DNA of 64,000 nt from an uncultured virus (IMG/VR IMGVR_UViG_3300029305_012016) (lineage: Duplodnaviria; Heunggongvirae; Uroviricota; Caudoviricetes): IMG/VR virus record IMGVR_UViG_3300029305_012016; one strand, written 5' to 3'. A program made the position numbers and the translations under genes. Shown here in pieces: positions 46,041 to 55,655 of the stretch. How positions within the stretch are numbered: position 1 is the stretch's first letter; every line of letters starts with the position of its first letter. The notes beneath the pieces were generated by a model. The model did no database searches, was not told where the DNA came from, and was given only the letters and a program-made list of their open reading frames with translations.

Positions 46041-46713
46041 GGTTCTCCTCCTTTCTCTCAAAAGGCTTAAAGGGGAGATCCTCACGACTGTATGCCCATT
46101 TTGCAATGAAGTTCATTTCGTCATAGCTATCGCCTTCACGACCGCACACAAAATCTGCTTGAGAATACATCTCGCGATACCATAAGAACTCCTCCTGCCG
46201 ATCTCTGTAAAAGAGGCCTGAGGATTGTGCTACAGCCTTTTCTGTTGCTATTTGAGCTTTTGCTTCAGAGAATGCCTTCGTTTCAATAGCAGGGATCTGT
46301 TCCCATGCATCTTCCTTTGTGGCAAAGGCAAGAGGTAAACCATCTTCTCCTACGCAAGCCGCATCTGTTGCGTTATCCCAAATAATATATTTGAGGGAGG
46401 CTTGCGGCTCGTTCAGACTATTGGCGAGTGTCGCAGCGTTATCGGTTACAAGGAACCGTTTCTTTGACAGCCGCTTGTCAGCGGAATAGTAATACCATTC
46501 GCCATGGAACAGATCAGGAAGGGTTCCCCAAAAGGCTTCTGCGTTACCGGCACATTCTTCGTAAAGCTCGATAATTCGAGGTGCATCGACAATCATGATT
46601 TCCCAAGATTCAACCGTCGAATCCCAGTTCATATAGATTATCCAAATCTCGTTTTCGTTTCCATGAATCTTCCCGGGAAGAAACACGGCATCTTTTTCAA
46701 AGTTTTCATCCAT
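46033..46713 (-). CDS. Hypothetical protein
   Basis: 226-aa ORF, first after promoter and leader motif. Confidence 0.65.
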   Translation of the reverse strand: MDENFEKDAVFLPGKIHGNENEIWIIYMNWDSTVESWEIMIVDAPRIIELYEECAGNAEAFWGTLPDLFHGEWYYYSADKRLSKKRFLVTDNAATLANSLNEPQASLKYIIWDNATDAACVGEDGLPLAFATKEDAWEQIPAIETKAFSEAKAQIATEKAVAQSSGLFYRDRQEEFLWYREMYSQADFVCGREGDSYDEMNFIAKWAYSREDLPFKPFERKEENHE

Positions 46714-46740
46714 AGATTCTCATTCTCCCATTTTTTATTT

Positions 46741-46789
46741 GGTTTTGTGATATTTCTAATTTCAACTCCAATCATCACATAAATTAACC
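46741..46789 (-). promoter_or_regulatory. Conserved 5' leader hairpin (GUGAUGAUUGGAG)
   Basis: UGUGAU pairs AUCACA; GGUU pairs AACC. Confidence 0.55.
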
Positions 46790-46797
46790 ATACTAAT

Positions 46798-46811
46798 ATT
46801 ATATATGAATT
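46798..46811 (-). promoter_or_regulatory. Element-specific promoter motif copy (variant)
   Basis: minus TTTTTATT-N8-AATTCATATATAAT. Confidence 0.6.
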
Positions 46812-46822
46812 CACTTAACAAT

Positions 46823-46854
46823 AAAAAATGACCAACCCCGAAGGGTTGGCCATT
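46823..46854 (-). terminator. Terminator after MoxR/VWA operon
   Basis: ATG.CCAACCC/GGGTTGG.CAT stem + T-run on minus. Confidence 0.75.
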
Positions 46855-46868
46855 ACGCTATTTGTATA

Positions 46869-47594
46869 TTAGTTTGTAGCTCCTCGTTCACGCAAAGCAG
46901 AGGCAACGGCTTCCGCAGCGTTACGAATTTCATCATCAGTAGCGTTTGCCACGAAAGCGGCTACACTTGCATACCCGTTAATAAAAACGGCCAGCGATGT
47001 AAATCTCGCAACATTCTTCAAAAAAGCAACCAAACGGTCTCTCCCATAGTAGCGAGAGACATCGACACAGCTAAGCCACTGTTTGCAGTAACGAACAATG
47101 CAGGCTCTTTCTCTGGAATTTTCGGGAAGTGATGTCGCATATGCGTTCAGAGGGTGAAGGGCAGCCTCTTCGATCTCATGGAGAACCTCAGACGGAGTCA
47201 ACCCTACATAGGGACCACCGGTCATTCTCTCCGACGAAATTTCTTGCATGGGGCTGTAGGGGACGGCACGAGCAAGATCTTCAGACGAAGGGGCGGATAA
47301 GGGAACCGCAGGCTCCAAGCCTTCAACGACAAGAACCTTTTCCTCAGCTTTAGGCACGGAAGGCATCTCAGACTCTTTTTTAACTACATCGGGCATTTTC
47401 TCCTTTGGAGGTGCCGGAGCAGTCTGAACGGAAGAGGATTGCTTTGCCACCGTAGGCGGAGGACAGGGGTTAGGGGCAAACATTTTACAAAGGTGTTGCA
47501 TCATAGCATGAATTGCAGCATCCTGTTCTTCAGACGGGCCATCAATCACGATGATAGTGCGATTTCCGTCTTTCAACATTTGCATTCCAAACAT
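46869..47594 (-). CDS. Hypothetical protein with Pro-rich linker
   Basis: third gene of MoxR/VWA operon. Confidence 0.7.
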   Translation of the reverse strand: MFGMQMLKDGNRTIIVIDGPSEEQDAAIHAMMQHLCKMFAPNPCPPPTVAKQSSSVQTAPAPPKEKMPDVVKKESEMPSVPKAEEKVLVVEGLEPAVPLSAPSSEDLARAVPYSPMQEISSERMTGGPYVGLTPSEVLHEIEEAALHPLNAYATSLPENSRERACIVRYCKQWLSCVDVSRYYGRDRLVAFLKNVARFTSLAVFINGYASVAAFVANATDDEIRNAAEAVASALRERGATN

Positions 47595-47609
47595 GACTAT
47601 CGTCCTTTC

Positions 47610-50207
47610 TTACCATTTCTTAATTTCCTTCTTCATTAGCTTAGCTAACTCAGAAAAAAGCTTGTTAATGTTCGAACAATGTACGAAATTGTAACCATAC
47701 ATAGCTCGATGCGCTTTCGGATTACCATTACCAAGGAGAACTCCGAAAACCGTGGCATTCTTTGATGCTTCTTTTATTGCCAAGGCTGTATCGGTGACAC
47801 CATGCTCTCTACCATTATACGCCCGCGCAGCAGGAGTGCCATCTGAAACCACAAAGAGAATCTTGTGGCTTTCCGGACGTTTCTTCAGTAACTCGGCGGC
47901 ATAGCGAATGGAATAGCCGTCAAAATTGTTACTCCGGGCAGAGATGTTCAATAGCCGACGCCGAGTTTCAGCGGTGTTCTTGCCATTGATGTAGTGGTAA
48001 TGAATTGCATCATAACCACGTTCATCAGCAGTAAAGCCGATTATCGACATCGGAACTTTACATATGGCAAAAGCCTCAGCAAATCCTATTGCGGCTGTTT
48101 TGGCAGCATAATATTTATTATCAGAAATCATGCTGCCACTTTCGTCAACGAGGATCATGACATAGACATCAGAGTCGCTCGGTGCTCGTCTCTTTTCGAA
48201 CACATTAGCTGTCAAACGACCGGAACTATACCGGGGAATAGAGAGCTTTCCTGATGTTCGATAAGCCGTGTCTGCTTGATCGCTTCGGAAAAGCCGTTCT
48301 AAGGTGCTTGCAAAATTTCTCGGCTTCGAACCCAGTAAGGACAGAATTGCATTATACTCCTCCTGCGGACCTTGAGAGGTTGCTTTTTCGCTCAGATTAC
48401 GTTTCCCTTTACATACACCTTTATAGCCATTTGAAACAGTGACATCAAAATCATCATCTTCTTTTTCTTCCGGTTCGGGGAGAGATTTCAGTTCTTCCAG
48501 AAGCTCACTCAAATCTTTCTTGCTGAGATTTAACTCAGACTCCAAAGATTCAAGTGCGCGATCTAACGCGGCATTCAGATCTTCTACTGAAGTGTTTCCT
48601 TCCGGACTATTCTCCTCAGAAGAATCAGAACTATCGCTCGACGATGCAGCGCTGTCTTCTGAGCTGCTTGGATGGCCGGACCCCTCACTTGCTTCAGCGG
48701 GAGTAGTCCGACCACGAGAGGATGATTCCGAATCCGAAGAGTGATCCGACTTGGCAGATGAAGAGCTCGAATCGCCAGAAGAATCATCTGCATCCCGAGA
48801 GGGGGAATTCTCGTTAAGAGAGCCGCACTTCTTGGTGCAATTTCTTTCTGTCTCACCATCTGCTTCTCCATTGCCCATCTCACTGTCAAAATCATCATCG
48901 CCGTCGAGATCATCATCGCCGTCGAGATCATCATCGCCGTCGAAATCATCATCGTCGTCGAAACCATCATCGTCGTCGAAATCATCATCGGAAGTCACGT
49001 CAGCATCAGAGCCTTCTTCATCTTCAGCGGAATTATCCTTTTCAGAGGCGGAACCTTTCTTAGAAGATGAATCGGTATCTGCGTCAGGACGATCCTCAGA
49101 AGAATCTCCCTTAGATGTAAATCCTTTACCCGCAGATGTGCTTTCTTCAGAGACAGAGCTTTCATTAGGTGATTTGCTTTTCGACGGGCCTCCGGTTGCG
49201 GTAGTGTTTTTATCGCTTGAGGAGTCGTCACTATCTTCTGCAGACAGAGGCAACGGCACTTCGACAGCAGATCCGCCGGTCTCGCGATTTTCATCGAGAA
49301 TGCCATCTTCCGGAACAAGAATAGTGATATCCCCTTCGTCCGGAATATTTTCGGTCTCTTTCTTCTTAGCCTCTTCGTATTCCTCGCGAGTAACAATTTC
49401 TATAGTCACCCGACGGCGAGAAGCCCGTGCCGATGAATCGGGAGCAGGCTCTTCGAGGCTCTCTAATGGAGAGCCGGATATTCCTCCTCCGGAAACATCT
49501 TTACCGAATCGGTTCTTCTGCAACTTTCGAAGAAGTTCTTCAAAGGCCTCTTGCTTTTTCGCTTCCTCTTCCCACAAGGGGCGAGTTTGCTCGGTTAAGT
49601 CGCGGGCCATCTGAAAACGCTTATCCGGATCCGGTTCGCGGATTACTCCATCTAAATAGGGGAGAGCATCCACAAAGGCCTTTCTTGCCTCGGGGAATGA
49701 CCACGTACCCTTAATCAACCCAACATCACCAAACTGAATAATGGCGTTGATGAATTGATGAAAAGGCGTTGTCGCTGCATCAATAGGATCCGTACATTTA
49801 TTGATGGTTGCACGGGAGAAATCAAGGTCTCGGATCAACTCACCGGAAAGGATCCCCTCAGCAGCAGCTTCAATATACGAATCTTCCAAAATGTTGTTTA
49901 ACATCTGAAAAATTCTTGCTTCCGAATTCTTTTTGTAAGGATTATTCTTGAACTTTGAAAGAAGAATATGCATTATTTCGTGAGCAAACACACCACGAAG
50001 GAAACTGACGAGTTTTGCTTTTGAAAGGCCTGCACAATATTCGTGTTCAAAATTCAAAAATATCTCTCTGCTTGATGTAGCATATCCTATATCATTGGAT
50101 CCCTTAGGTATCTGCTTGACATTCACCGATACCCCACACACACCTCGCGCGATAGATTTCAGACGACGAAGAAGTGCACATACTTCGTTTGCCTTAAACT
50201 TACTCAT
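47610..50207 (-). CDS. VWA-domain protein (CobT/NorD-like) with N-terminal HExxH domain and long acidic linker
   Basis: AHEIMH, N.LED..IE; MIDAS DESGSM; VSDGTP. Confidence 0.88.
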   Translation of the reverse strand: MSKFKANEVCALLRRLKSIARGVCGVSVNVKQIPKGSNDIGYATSSREIFLNFEHEYCAGLSKAKLVSFLRGVFAHEIMHILLSKFKNNPYKKNSEARIFQMLNNILEDSYIEAAAEGILSGELIRDLDFSRATINKCTDPIDAATTPFHQFINAIIQFGDVGLIKGTWSFPEARKAFVDALPYLDGVIREPDPDKRFQMARDLTEQTRPLWEEEAKKQEAFEELLRKLQKNRFGKDVSGGGISGSPLESLEEPAPDSSARASRRRVTIEIVTREEYEEAKKKETENIPDEGDITILVPEDGILDENRETGGSAVEVPLPLSAEDSDDSSSDKNTTATGGPSKSKSPNESSVSEESTSAGKGFTSKGDSSEDRPDADTDSSSKKGSASEKDNSAEDEEGSDADVTSDDDFDDDDGFDDDDDFDGDDDLDGDDDLDGDDDFDSEMGNGEADGETERNCTKKCGSLNENSPSRDADDSSGDSSSSSAKSDHSSDSESSSRGRTTPAEASEGSGHPSSSEDSAASSSDSSDSSEENSPEGNTSVEDLNAALDRALESLESELNLSKKDLSELLEELKSLPEPEEKEDDDFDVTVSNGYKGVCKGKRNLSEKATSQGPQEEYNAILSLLGSKPRNFASTLERLFRSDQADTAYRTSGKLSIPRYSSGRLTANVFEKRRAPSDSDVYVMILVDESGSMISDNKYYAAKTAAIGFAEAFAICKVPMSIIGFTADERGYDAIHYHYINGKNTAETRRRLLNISARSNNFDGYSIRYAAELLKKRPESHKILFVVSDGTPAARAYNGREHGVTDTALAIKEASKNATVFGVLLGNGNPKAHRAMYGYNFVHCSNINKLFSELAKLMKKEIKKW
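48889..48990. repeat. In-frame 18-bp tandem repeat encoding DDD(F/L)D(G/D)
   Basis: ATCATCATCGCCGTCGA(G/A) units, about 5.5 copies. Confidence 0.8.
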
Positions 50208-50220
50208 TGCAAGTCCCTCC

Positions 50221-51876
50221 TTACAGCGGACTCCGCTTAGAAGTCACGCATGCCTCATAGACTTCGTCTGCGAGGATGGGATCTCTCAATCTGATTGCCC
50301 CGATCATGGTGTTGAATATAGCGTCATTATAAGAAACGCCACGCTTCAGCAGCCGAAGTGCGCCTAAACAATGACGCAGGGACACGGCCATCGCCAATTC
50401 TTCGGAGCCTGCCTCTTCCTTGAGATAATCAAGAATGGAGGTGTACGCCGAATACACGGCTTTACACTCTTTCTTCCCGTAGCCCTTCTTTTCCAAGATT
50501 GATAAAAACGCATCTTTCTCGGGGTCGTCAATGGTGATCGTGAGGGGGAAACGAGAAGAAAATGCCTCGTTGGGTTCACGAGATCCCTGTGTGCCAATAT
50601 TCATTGTGCCTATAATAACACACATCGGATGTCGGTGCACCTCCTTATATCCGTCTTCATAAAGGACAAAAGGAGCCTCGACTGCTTGGCCGAGACAACC
50701 CTGCATCAGTCCTGGATCGGCCAGGTTGAACTCCTCAAGGACAATAATGCCACCGTTCTTGTATGCTTCAAGAAACGGCGTACTTTTGAATGCGAATCCG
50801 CCTTCTTGGACCTTGGTCATTCCCTGGAATACATCCTCTTCGGTATTTTTTGTGACCGGAACCGTATAAATAGGCAGCCCAATGGTGGCAGATAATGCTG
50901 CCGCCGTGGTAGTCTTTCCGGTGCCGGGTTTGCCGCAGAGAATTACATTGAGGTAATCATCTGCAATCGCGTCAACCGGATCCATGCCCATGCTGATTCT
51001 GTCTGCTACAGCAGTTAAGCAGGCAAATGACTCTTCTACGAGCAGCTTGTGAGCTGCGTTCGGAATGAACTCGTCCAGAAACTCGGGACGGCGAATCTTT
51101 ACAGCCTGCTCCGGACTGCACTCAAATCCGACATCGAAATCACCATTCTTCGCCTTCTCATACCAAGGGGCTTCACCAGAAGGGCTCGCCTTGGAACTTC
51201 CGGGATCAGTGGGAGGGGCCAGCTCGACATGAGCAAACACCTTGCTGAATCGGCTATGCATTTCCGAGGGGATGGGAGGGAAGTAGTCTTGGGGGAGAAC
51301 AATGTTTCGGGTATTTACTGCTTGCTGGATCTCACGAAGCTTATGCCCTGGCATTGCATCGAGAACATAGCTATTTATTCCGCAAGCTTTTGTGTCCTCA
51401 TAGAAAGCGTCACAAAGATAGGCAAGCAGCAGTGAATCTACAGCACCTCCGGATGCGTATTCGCTCGCGACCATTCCCATAACGGTAGATGTTTCTTCCA
51501 ACTCGGAATTCACATCAAGCAGAGAATAGAGCAATAGGGCAGCAAGGGGAGCTGTGTAACTATTGTCCGTCGATGTTGTCAGGATTATATTGCCTCCGTC
51601 ATAGAAAAATGCTTGACCCTTGTACTCAAAGTATACGCTTCTTTCGCCGCACAGTACCGAGATTTCGCCTGTTAAAAGTTTTGATGCAACAAGAGCTAAT
51701 CTCGATGCCTTCATGGTCCGGGTGGTAGCATAGCTTTTTCTTGCGCTACCATAACTTGAGGTGCCAATCGGGTAGTTCCTGCCCAGGGTGCAAGTCGGGG
51801 AGATGTCTATTACCGTTCTCGCCGTCGAAGCACTGATAGAGTACAACGCTTCTGCCAATGATTTAGTCGTGCTCAT
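50221..51876 (-). CDS. MoxR/CbbQ-type AAA+ ATPase
   Basis: GKPGTGKT, VLEEFN, IIGTMN, NEAFSSRF, SLR; adjacent VWA gene. Confidence 0.88.
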   Translation of the reverse strand: MSTTKSLAEALYSISASTARTVIDISPTCTLGRNYPIGTSSYGSARKSYATTRTMKASRLALVASKLLTGEISVLCGERSVYFEYKGQAFFYDGGNIILTTSTDNSYTAPLAALLLYSLLDVNSELEETSTVMGMVASEYASGGAVDSLLLAYLCDAFYEDTKACGINSYVLDAMPGHKLREIQQAVNTRNIVLPQDYFPPIPSEMHSRFSKVFAHVELAPPTDPGSSKASPSGEAPWYEKAKNGDFDVGFECSPEQAVKIRRPEFLDEFIPNAAHKLLVEESFACLTAVADRISMGMDPVDAIADDYLNVILCGKPGTGKTTTAAALSATIGLPIYTVPVTKNTEEDVFQGMTKVQEGGFAFKSTPFLEAYKNGGIIVLEEFNLADPGLMQGCLGQAVEAPFVLYEDGYKEVHRHPMCVIIGTMNIGTQGSREPNEAFSSRFPLTITIDDPEKDAFLSILEKKGYGKKECKAVYSAYTSILDYLKEEAGSEELAMAVSLRHCLGALRLLKRGVSYNDAIFNTMIGAIRLRDPILADEVYEACVTSKRSPL

Positions 51877-51894
51877 TTTTAATCATCCTTTCAC

Positions 51895-51942
51895 ATTTTT
51901 TTCGATATTCTATTTTTGACTCCCAATCATCACATAAAATAT
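51895..51942 (-). promoter_or_regulatory. Conserved 5' leader hairpin (GUGAUGAUUGGGAG)
   Basis: UGAU pairs AUCG; AUAUUUU pairs AAAAUGU. Confidence 0.5.
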
Positions 51943-51953
51943 CCGACAAATAC

Positions 51954-51967
51954 ATTGTATAAGAAAA
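51954..51967 (-). promoter_or_regulatory. Element-specific promoter motif copy (MoxR operon)
   Basis: minus TTTTTATC-N8-TTTTCTTATACAAT. Confidence 0.75.
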
Positions 51968-52009
51968 CGAACGAAGATAAAAAATGAAGGCAACTCAGCC
52001 AAAAAATGT

Positions 52010-52042
52010 CCGTTTTTATCTTCCTTCGTTTTTATATATAAT
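52010..52042 (+). promoter_or_regulatory. Element-specific promoter motif copy on plus strand (divergent)
   Basis: CCGTTTTTATCTTCCTTCGTTTTTATATATAAT; first 22 nt identical to the promoter at 59.6 kb. Confidence 0.65.
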
Positions 52043-52101
52043 AATAATGGAAGCCTAAATGATGTATGGACTTCAATTTTTACGAAAAGAGGAACGCAAA
52101 C

Positions 52102-52206
52102 ATGGGTAACGCAAATAACTCAGGCCCCTCCGATCCTATTCCCGGCAAAGAATTTGCAGTGCTTGTTACTACGCTTCAGCCGCAAAATCTTCTTAAAAAG
52201 ACATAA
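52102..52206 (+). CDS. Possible 34-aa small ORF or pseudogene remnant
   Basis: AAGAGG RBS, ATG..TAA, follows plus-strand promoter. Confidence 0.35.
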   Translation: MGNANNSGPSDPIPGKEFAVLVTTLQPQNLLKKT

Positions 52207-52510
52207 AAACAATGTCAGAATAAGAAAAGTATTTCGCAAAGAAGCAAAGGGACAAACAGAAGCAAAAGGCTCTCGTGGAAAACGGAAAAAAGGGCTCCCT
52301 TGAAAAATTTGTTGTTTACATGAGTTGTATTCCAAAGGGCACTGCGCCGGTGGAATTCCGGCGCATTTAACGATCATGGGAAACTCCGTGTACGGATCCG
52401 GACCGGTTGTCGGAGTTGCAATGGTCGCAAATCAGAATAAAAAAACAAAAGGGGCGGTGCATCCGGTTGGAGATGTATCGTCCTTTTTGTATGTAAAATT
52501 GATTTTCCTC

Positions 52511-52539
52511 TTGACAAAATACCGAATTAAGGGCATAAT
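52511..52539 (+). promoter_or_regulatory. Canonical sigmaA promoter
   Basis: TTGACA-17 bp-CATAAT. Confidence 0.7.
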
Positions 52540-52576
52540 AAAGAAGAAAGCAAAAGAAAGAGGGGGGAAATAAATC

Positions 52577-52909
52577 ATGCGTGTAACGATGGGTGATGAA
52601 GCGTTTTTGAATGGAAGATACGGGTATTTTACATTGAATGAAAACAACGAATTAGAACTCCACGGATTTTCCAACATGAAGGCTGACGACGAAGTGCATG
52701 TGCGGTTTCAAGACGAGAAGCTTTTTATCATTGTTCCTCAAGACGGAGACGATTTTGAAACGAAAAATACAACGTCTTACAAGTTTGATGGGTCCGCACA
52801 ATGTAACAAGCACCTTATCGACATTCTGAACATGACAGGCTCCTTGAACTGCCTGTTTGTTTGGATGATGGGCATGTATATGCAGTTGCCGGGGGCAAAA
52901 ATTGATTAG
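52577..52909 (+). CDS. Hypothetical protein
   Basis: 110 aa with promoter, RBS and downstream terminator-like hairpin. Confidence 0.7.
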   Translation: MRVTMGDEAFLNGRYGYFTLNENNELELHGFSNMKADDEVHVRFQDEKLFIIVPQDGDDFETKNTTSYKFDGSAQCNKHLIDILNMTGSLNCLFVWMMGMYMQLPGAKID

Positions 52910-53035
52910 CAATAAAAAAACGGGTTGCGGTAGAATCGCTGCCCGTTTTTCTTGATGTTTTATAAATACACGAGCCATGGGGGTTCCCCATGGCTCGCTT
53001 CATTTATTTTAGGACTTTATTTTGACTATTTGTTA

Positions 53036-53695
53036 TCATGCAGGAGTGAGTTCGTTACCAAAGACAAAAGCTTCGGAACCGTCAAAAAATCTTACGGTAT
53101 AAAGGCCTCCGTTTTCAGCATCTACCATTGAAGTGCTGTTATGCAGTACCGTACATACTTCACCATTGTGCTCGCATAGCTCACCATCGTCCGTATCGTG
53201 AAGTGTGAGCTTATATCTCTTGCCGACGGTGATCTTACTAAGAAAATAGATTTCTATGTTGGGGAGCTGATGGCCAAATACTTCTTGCAGAATCGTCAGA
53301 ACCGTAGCCCAATCTCCCCCTCCGAGGCCACAGCCAATCTTATATGGAATACGGATCGGACTGTGCGGGAAAGCGTTCTTAACCATCTGGAAAGCACTTC
53401 GGAGAGCGTCGTAGTCGGTATGACAACGATCTGTCCCATAGCTGTACTGTCCAAAAAGGTTTGCAATGATGTACCCGTCGGAAGAAATAGCGGACACAAA
53501 TTGTGCTTCGCCCAACGGAATGGGATCATGTCCACATCTGTCCAGATACATCTTGTAGGCTTGCGGATGCTTAAACCGGATCTCCTTTGCGAGACCGGCT
53601 CCCATTACGCCCATGCAGTTTACTTGATGGCACACAATCGGAATATCGCTGCCTTCCATACACGGGGTAAGAATGTTTCCACAGAAAAACTTCAT
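53036..53695 (-). CDS. Macrodomain protein (Poa1p/DarG-like ADP-ribose hydrolase) with extra C-terminal domain
   Basis: HQVNC.GVMGAGLA, IANLFGQ, PYKIGCGLGGGDW. Confidence 0.88.
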   Translation of the reverse strand: MKFFCGNILTPCMEGSDIPIVCHQVNCMGVMGAGLAKEIRFKHPQAYKMYLDRCGHDPIPLGEAQFVSAISSDGYIIANLFGQYSYGTDRCHTDYDALRSAFQMVKNAFPHSPIRIPYKIGCGLGGGDWATVLTILQEVFGHQLPNIEIYFLSKITVGKRYKLTLHDTDDGELCEHNGEVCTVLHNSTSMVDAENGGLYTVRFFDGSEAFVFGNELTPA

Positions 53696-53728
53696 GATTT
53701 CACTTCCTTTATCCTGTATATAGTTTAT

Positions 53729-53962
53729 TTATTCGAATGCTTTTTCGGTGAAGCAATCATTGGGGTCAGCATCAGGGTCTTCTGTTGCGTCAGTTGCTTC
53801 CCATTCATCAGACCAACTCACCGAATCGGTCAACTGATGGTTGGCAATTTCCAGAGCTTCGGTTTCAGATTTAGCTGTGACGAAGATACACCCAGTCCGA
53901 ACAACGGTTACGCAGTAGGTCTTATTTTCTTCATCAGTGATAGGTTTCGCATTTTCACTCAT
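53729..53962 (-). CDS. Small acidic protein (DpnD/PcfM-like pattern)
   Basis: Y.VTV......VTAKSETEALEIA. Confidence 0.6.
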   Translation of the reverse strand: MSENAKPITDEENKTYCVTVVRTGCIFVTAKSETEALEIANHQLTDSVSWSDEWEATDATEDPDADPNDCFTEKAFE

Positions 53963-53996
53963 ATTATTGTACCTTCCTTTTTTAATTAGTCAACGG

Positions 53997-54665
53997 TCAG
54001 TGGAACACATCGATTACACTCAATGAAGACTCTTGGTCAAAAAACTCTTCTATCTCGATAGCTCCGTAATAAGGACATTGCTTAGGATCCAACTCATGAT
54101 CATAACACCAGTCTTCAAACATGGCTTCTGCATTAAGGTTAGATTCTTTTATAAAAGCGAGAGCTTCTTCGTGGGTTTTGGCACCATATTTAAGTAAGAG
54201 GCTATCAATCTTTCTATCTCCGGAATCGCATTCATCGTAGACAGAGAAAATGACATCGCATCTGTGAGCCTGGACATTCTCCCTGACAGAATTTAGATCG
54301 CCGGAAGCAATAGCGGTAGAGAAAGCAACAAATGTCTCTATGATAGAAACAGGACAATCCCTTAATTTCATTTCCATTTTACTGCGGACCTTGTGATACT
54401 GATCTACCAGACAATCGCCTTTCTGCCGAGCTTCAGCATCCTCCCTTGCATTGAATAAGACAAATTCGCCACTATATTCTGGCTCATATTGTTCATGACA
54501 GGGGATAGCGTATTCTCCAAGGCTGAGGTCCTTGTAAAATTTATGTCCGAATGTGTCGGTAAGGTATTTTCTTCCAACGGACACCTCAACCTCTCTTATA
54601 GATACCCCCATGCGTTTTGCGTTGCTTCTTGGGAGGGCATACAGATATGCCTTACGCTTTTCCAA
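53997..54665 (-). CDS. Hypothetical protein
   Basis: TTG start with AAAGGAG RBS. Confidence 0.65.
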   Translation of the reverse strand: MEKRKAYLYALPRSNAKRMGVSIREVEVSVGRKYLTDTFGHKFYKDLSLGEYAIPCHEQYEPEYSGEFVLFNAREDAEARQKGDCLVDQYHKVRSKMEMKLRDCPVSIIETFVAFSTAIASGDLNSVRENVQAHRCDVIFSVYDECDSGDRKIDSLLLKYGAKTHEEALAFIKESNLNAEAMFEDWCYDHELDPKQCPYYGAIEIEEFFDQESSLSVIDVFH

Positions 54666-54759
54666 TTTCGCATCTCCTTTCGTTTTTTTTGCTTCTCGTT
54701 TCTTACAGAAGGAGAGAGGGCAAGTGAGCTGCCCTCTGCTCCAAAATCACTATATATAG

Positions 54760-54773
54760 ATTATATAAGAAAA
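54760..54773 (-). promoter_or_regulatory. Element-specific promoter motif copy
   Basis: minus TTTTCTTATATAAT followed by GTGATTTTGGAG and a hairpin. Confidence 0.7.
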
Positions 54774-54782
54774 CGAATAAAC

Positions 54783-55214
54783 TTAATCCTTTTCCCACAC
54801 AAAGTTTCCGTCTGCATCTTCGATGATGGTATGTTCCATATCGATGTCTTCGAGAGGACCATAATCAGCATCCTGGTAAGCTTCGGTCGCTTTGGCTTTA
54901 GCTTCTTCGACGCTTTCCGCATATACATGGGCCACGTGTCGTCCTTCGACTTTCATAGTTACCCAGTATTCGTTGCCACTCACAGCACATTCGGTGTCGG
55001 CTGTTAGTTCAAGCAATCGCTTGCGTAACAAGTCGGCCTTCTTCTCGAAGAAAGATCGAATGGTTTCTGCTTTGCTACCGGCTTCAAATTCTTTTGCCCA
55101 TGCAGTAAAAAGACCAGTCAATTCTTCGGAATCAAAAAGATCCATTCGGGGGGTGGAGGCGATTTCTTTGCCCCACAACACAGCGAATGCAACAATAATA
55201 TCAGACATACTCAT
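54783..55214 (-). CDS. Hypothetical protein with DpnD/PcfM-like C-terminus
   Basis: YWVTM......HVYAESVEEAKAKA...Y. Confidence 0.65.
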   Translation of the reverse strand: MSMSDIIVAFAVLWGKEIASTPRMDLFDSEELTGLFTAWAKEFEAGSKAETIRSFFEKKADLLRKRLLELTADTECAVSGNEYWVTMKVEGRHVAHVYAESVEEAKAKATEAYQDADYGPLEDIDMEHTIIEDADGNFVWEKD

Positions 55215-55240
55215 TCTCCTTTGTTTGATAGCTTTATAGA

Positions 55241-55609
55241 CTAAATTCCCGTAATGGTTGTAAGATGAAATTCATCATCGCAAGGAGGGTCATAGCCATC
55301 GAACCAAGTGATATGACCATTTTCGTCCTTGAATCCGAAGCCATCAGCGATGATTTCCGGTACACCGTTTGTATATAACTCAGTGCTACCGTACACATTA
55401 GGTGCTTCGACTACTTTGTATTGGAGAACAACGCCTCTTTCGTATCCGAGCTGAAACCTATCAAGAATGAATTGCTGCCATGTTTCTTGAGTGAATGTGG
55501 TAAGTGCAATGCCTAAACGCTGTCGCAAAAATACATCTCTAAAGGATTCTTCTATGTCATACACCTTCGTTTTACCGGGTTCGGTAACATGCTCATATAT
55601 AATCTTCAT
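55241..55609 (-). CDS. Hypothetical protein
   Basis: 122 aa, AAAGGAG RBS. Confidence 0.65.
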   Translation of the reverse strand: MKIIYEHVTEPGKTKVYDIEESFRDVFLRQRLGIALTTFTQETWQQFILDRFQLGYERGVVLQYKVVEAPNVYGSTELYTNGVPEIIADGFGFKDENGHITWFDGYDPPCDDEFHLTTITGI

Positions 55610-55655
55610 CTTTGATTCTCCTTTCAGTTATATATAAAAGAATTAACTTTCGGAA

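Noticed and set aside
40016..46713. Prophage call for the YopX/DUF551 cluster
   Set aside because: No integrase, terminase, capsid, tail or lysis genes in the window, and the cluster uses the same promoter motif as the backbone; a phage-plasmid cannot be excluded.
48889..48990. 18-bp repeat as a phase-variation switch
   Set aside because: Unit length is a multiple of three inside a disordered linker, so slippage would not shift the frame.
48751..49614. Ser-rich 287-aa plus-strand ORF
   Set aside because: Antisense reading of the low-complexity acidic linker of the VWA gene.
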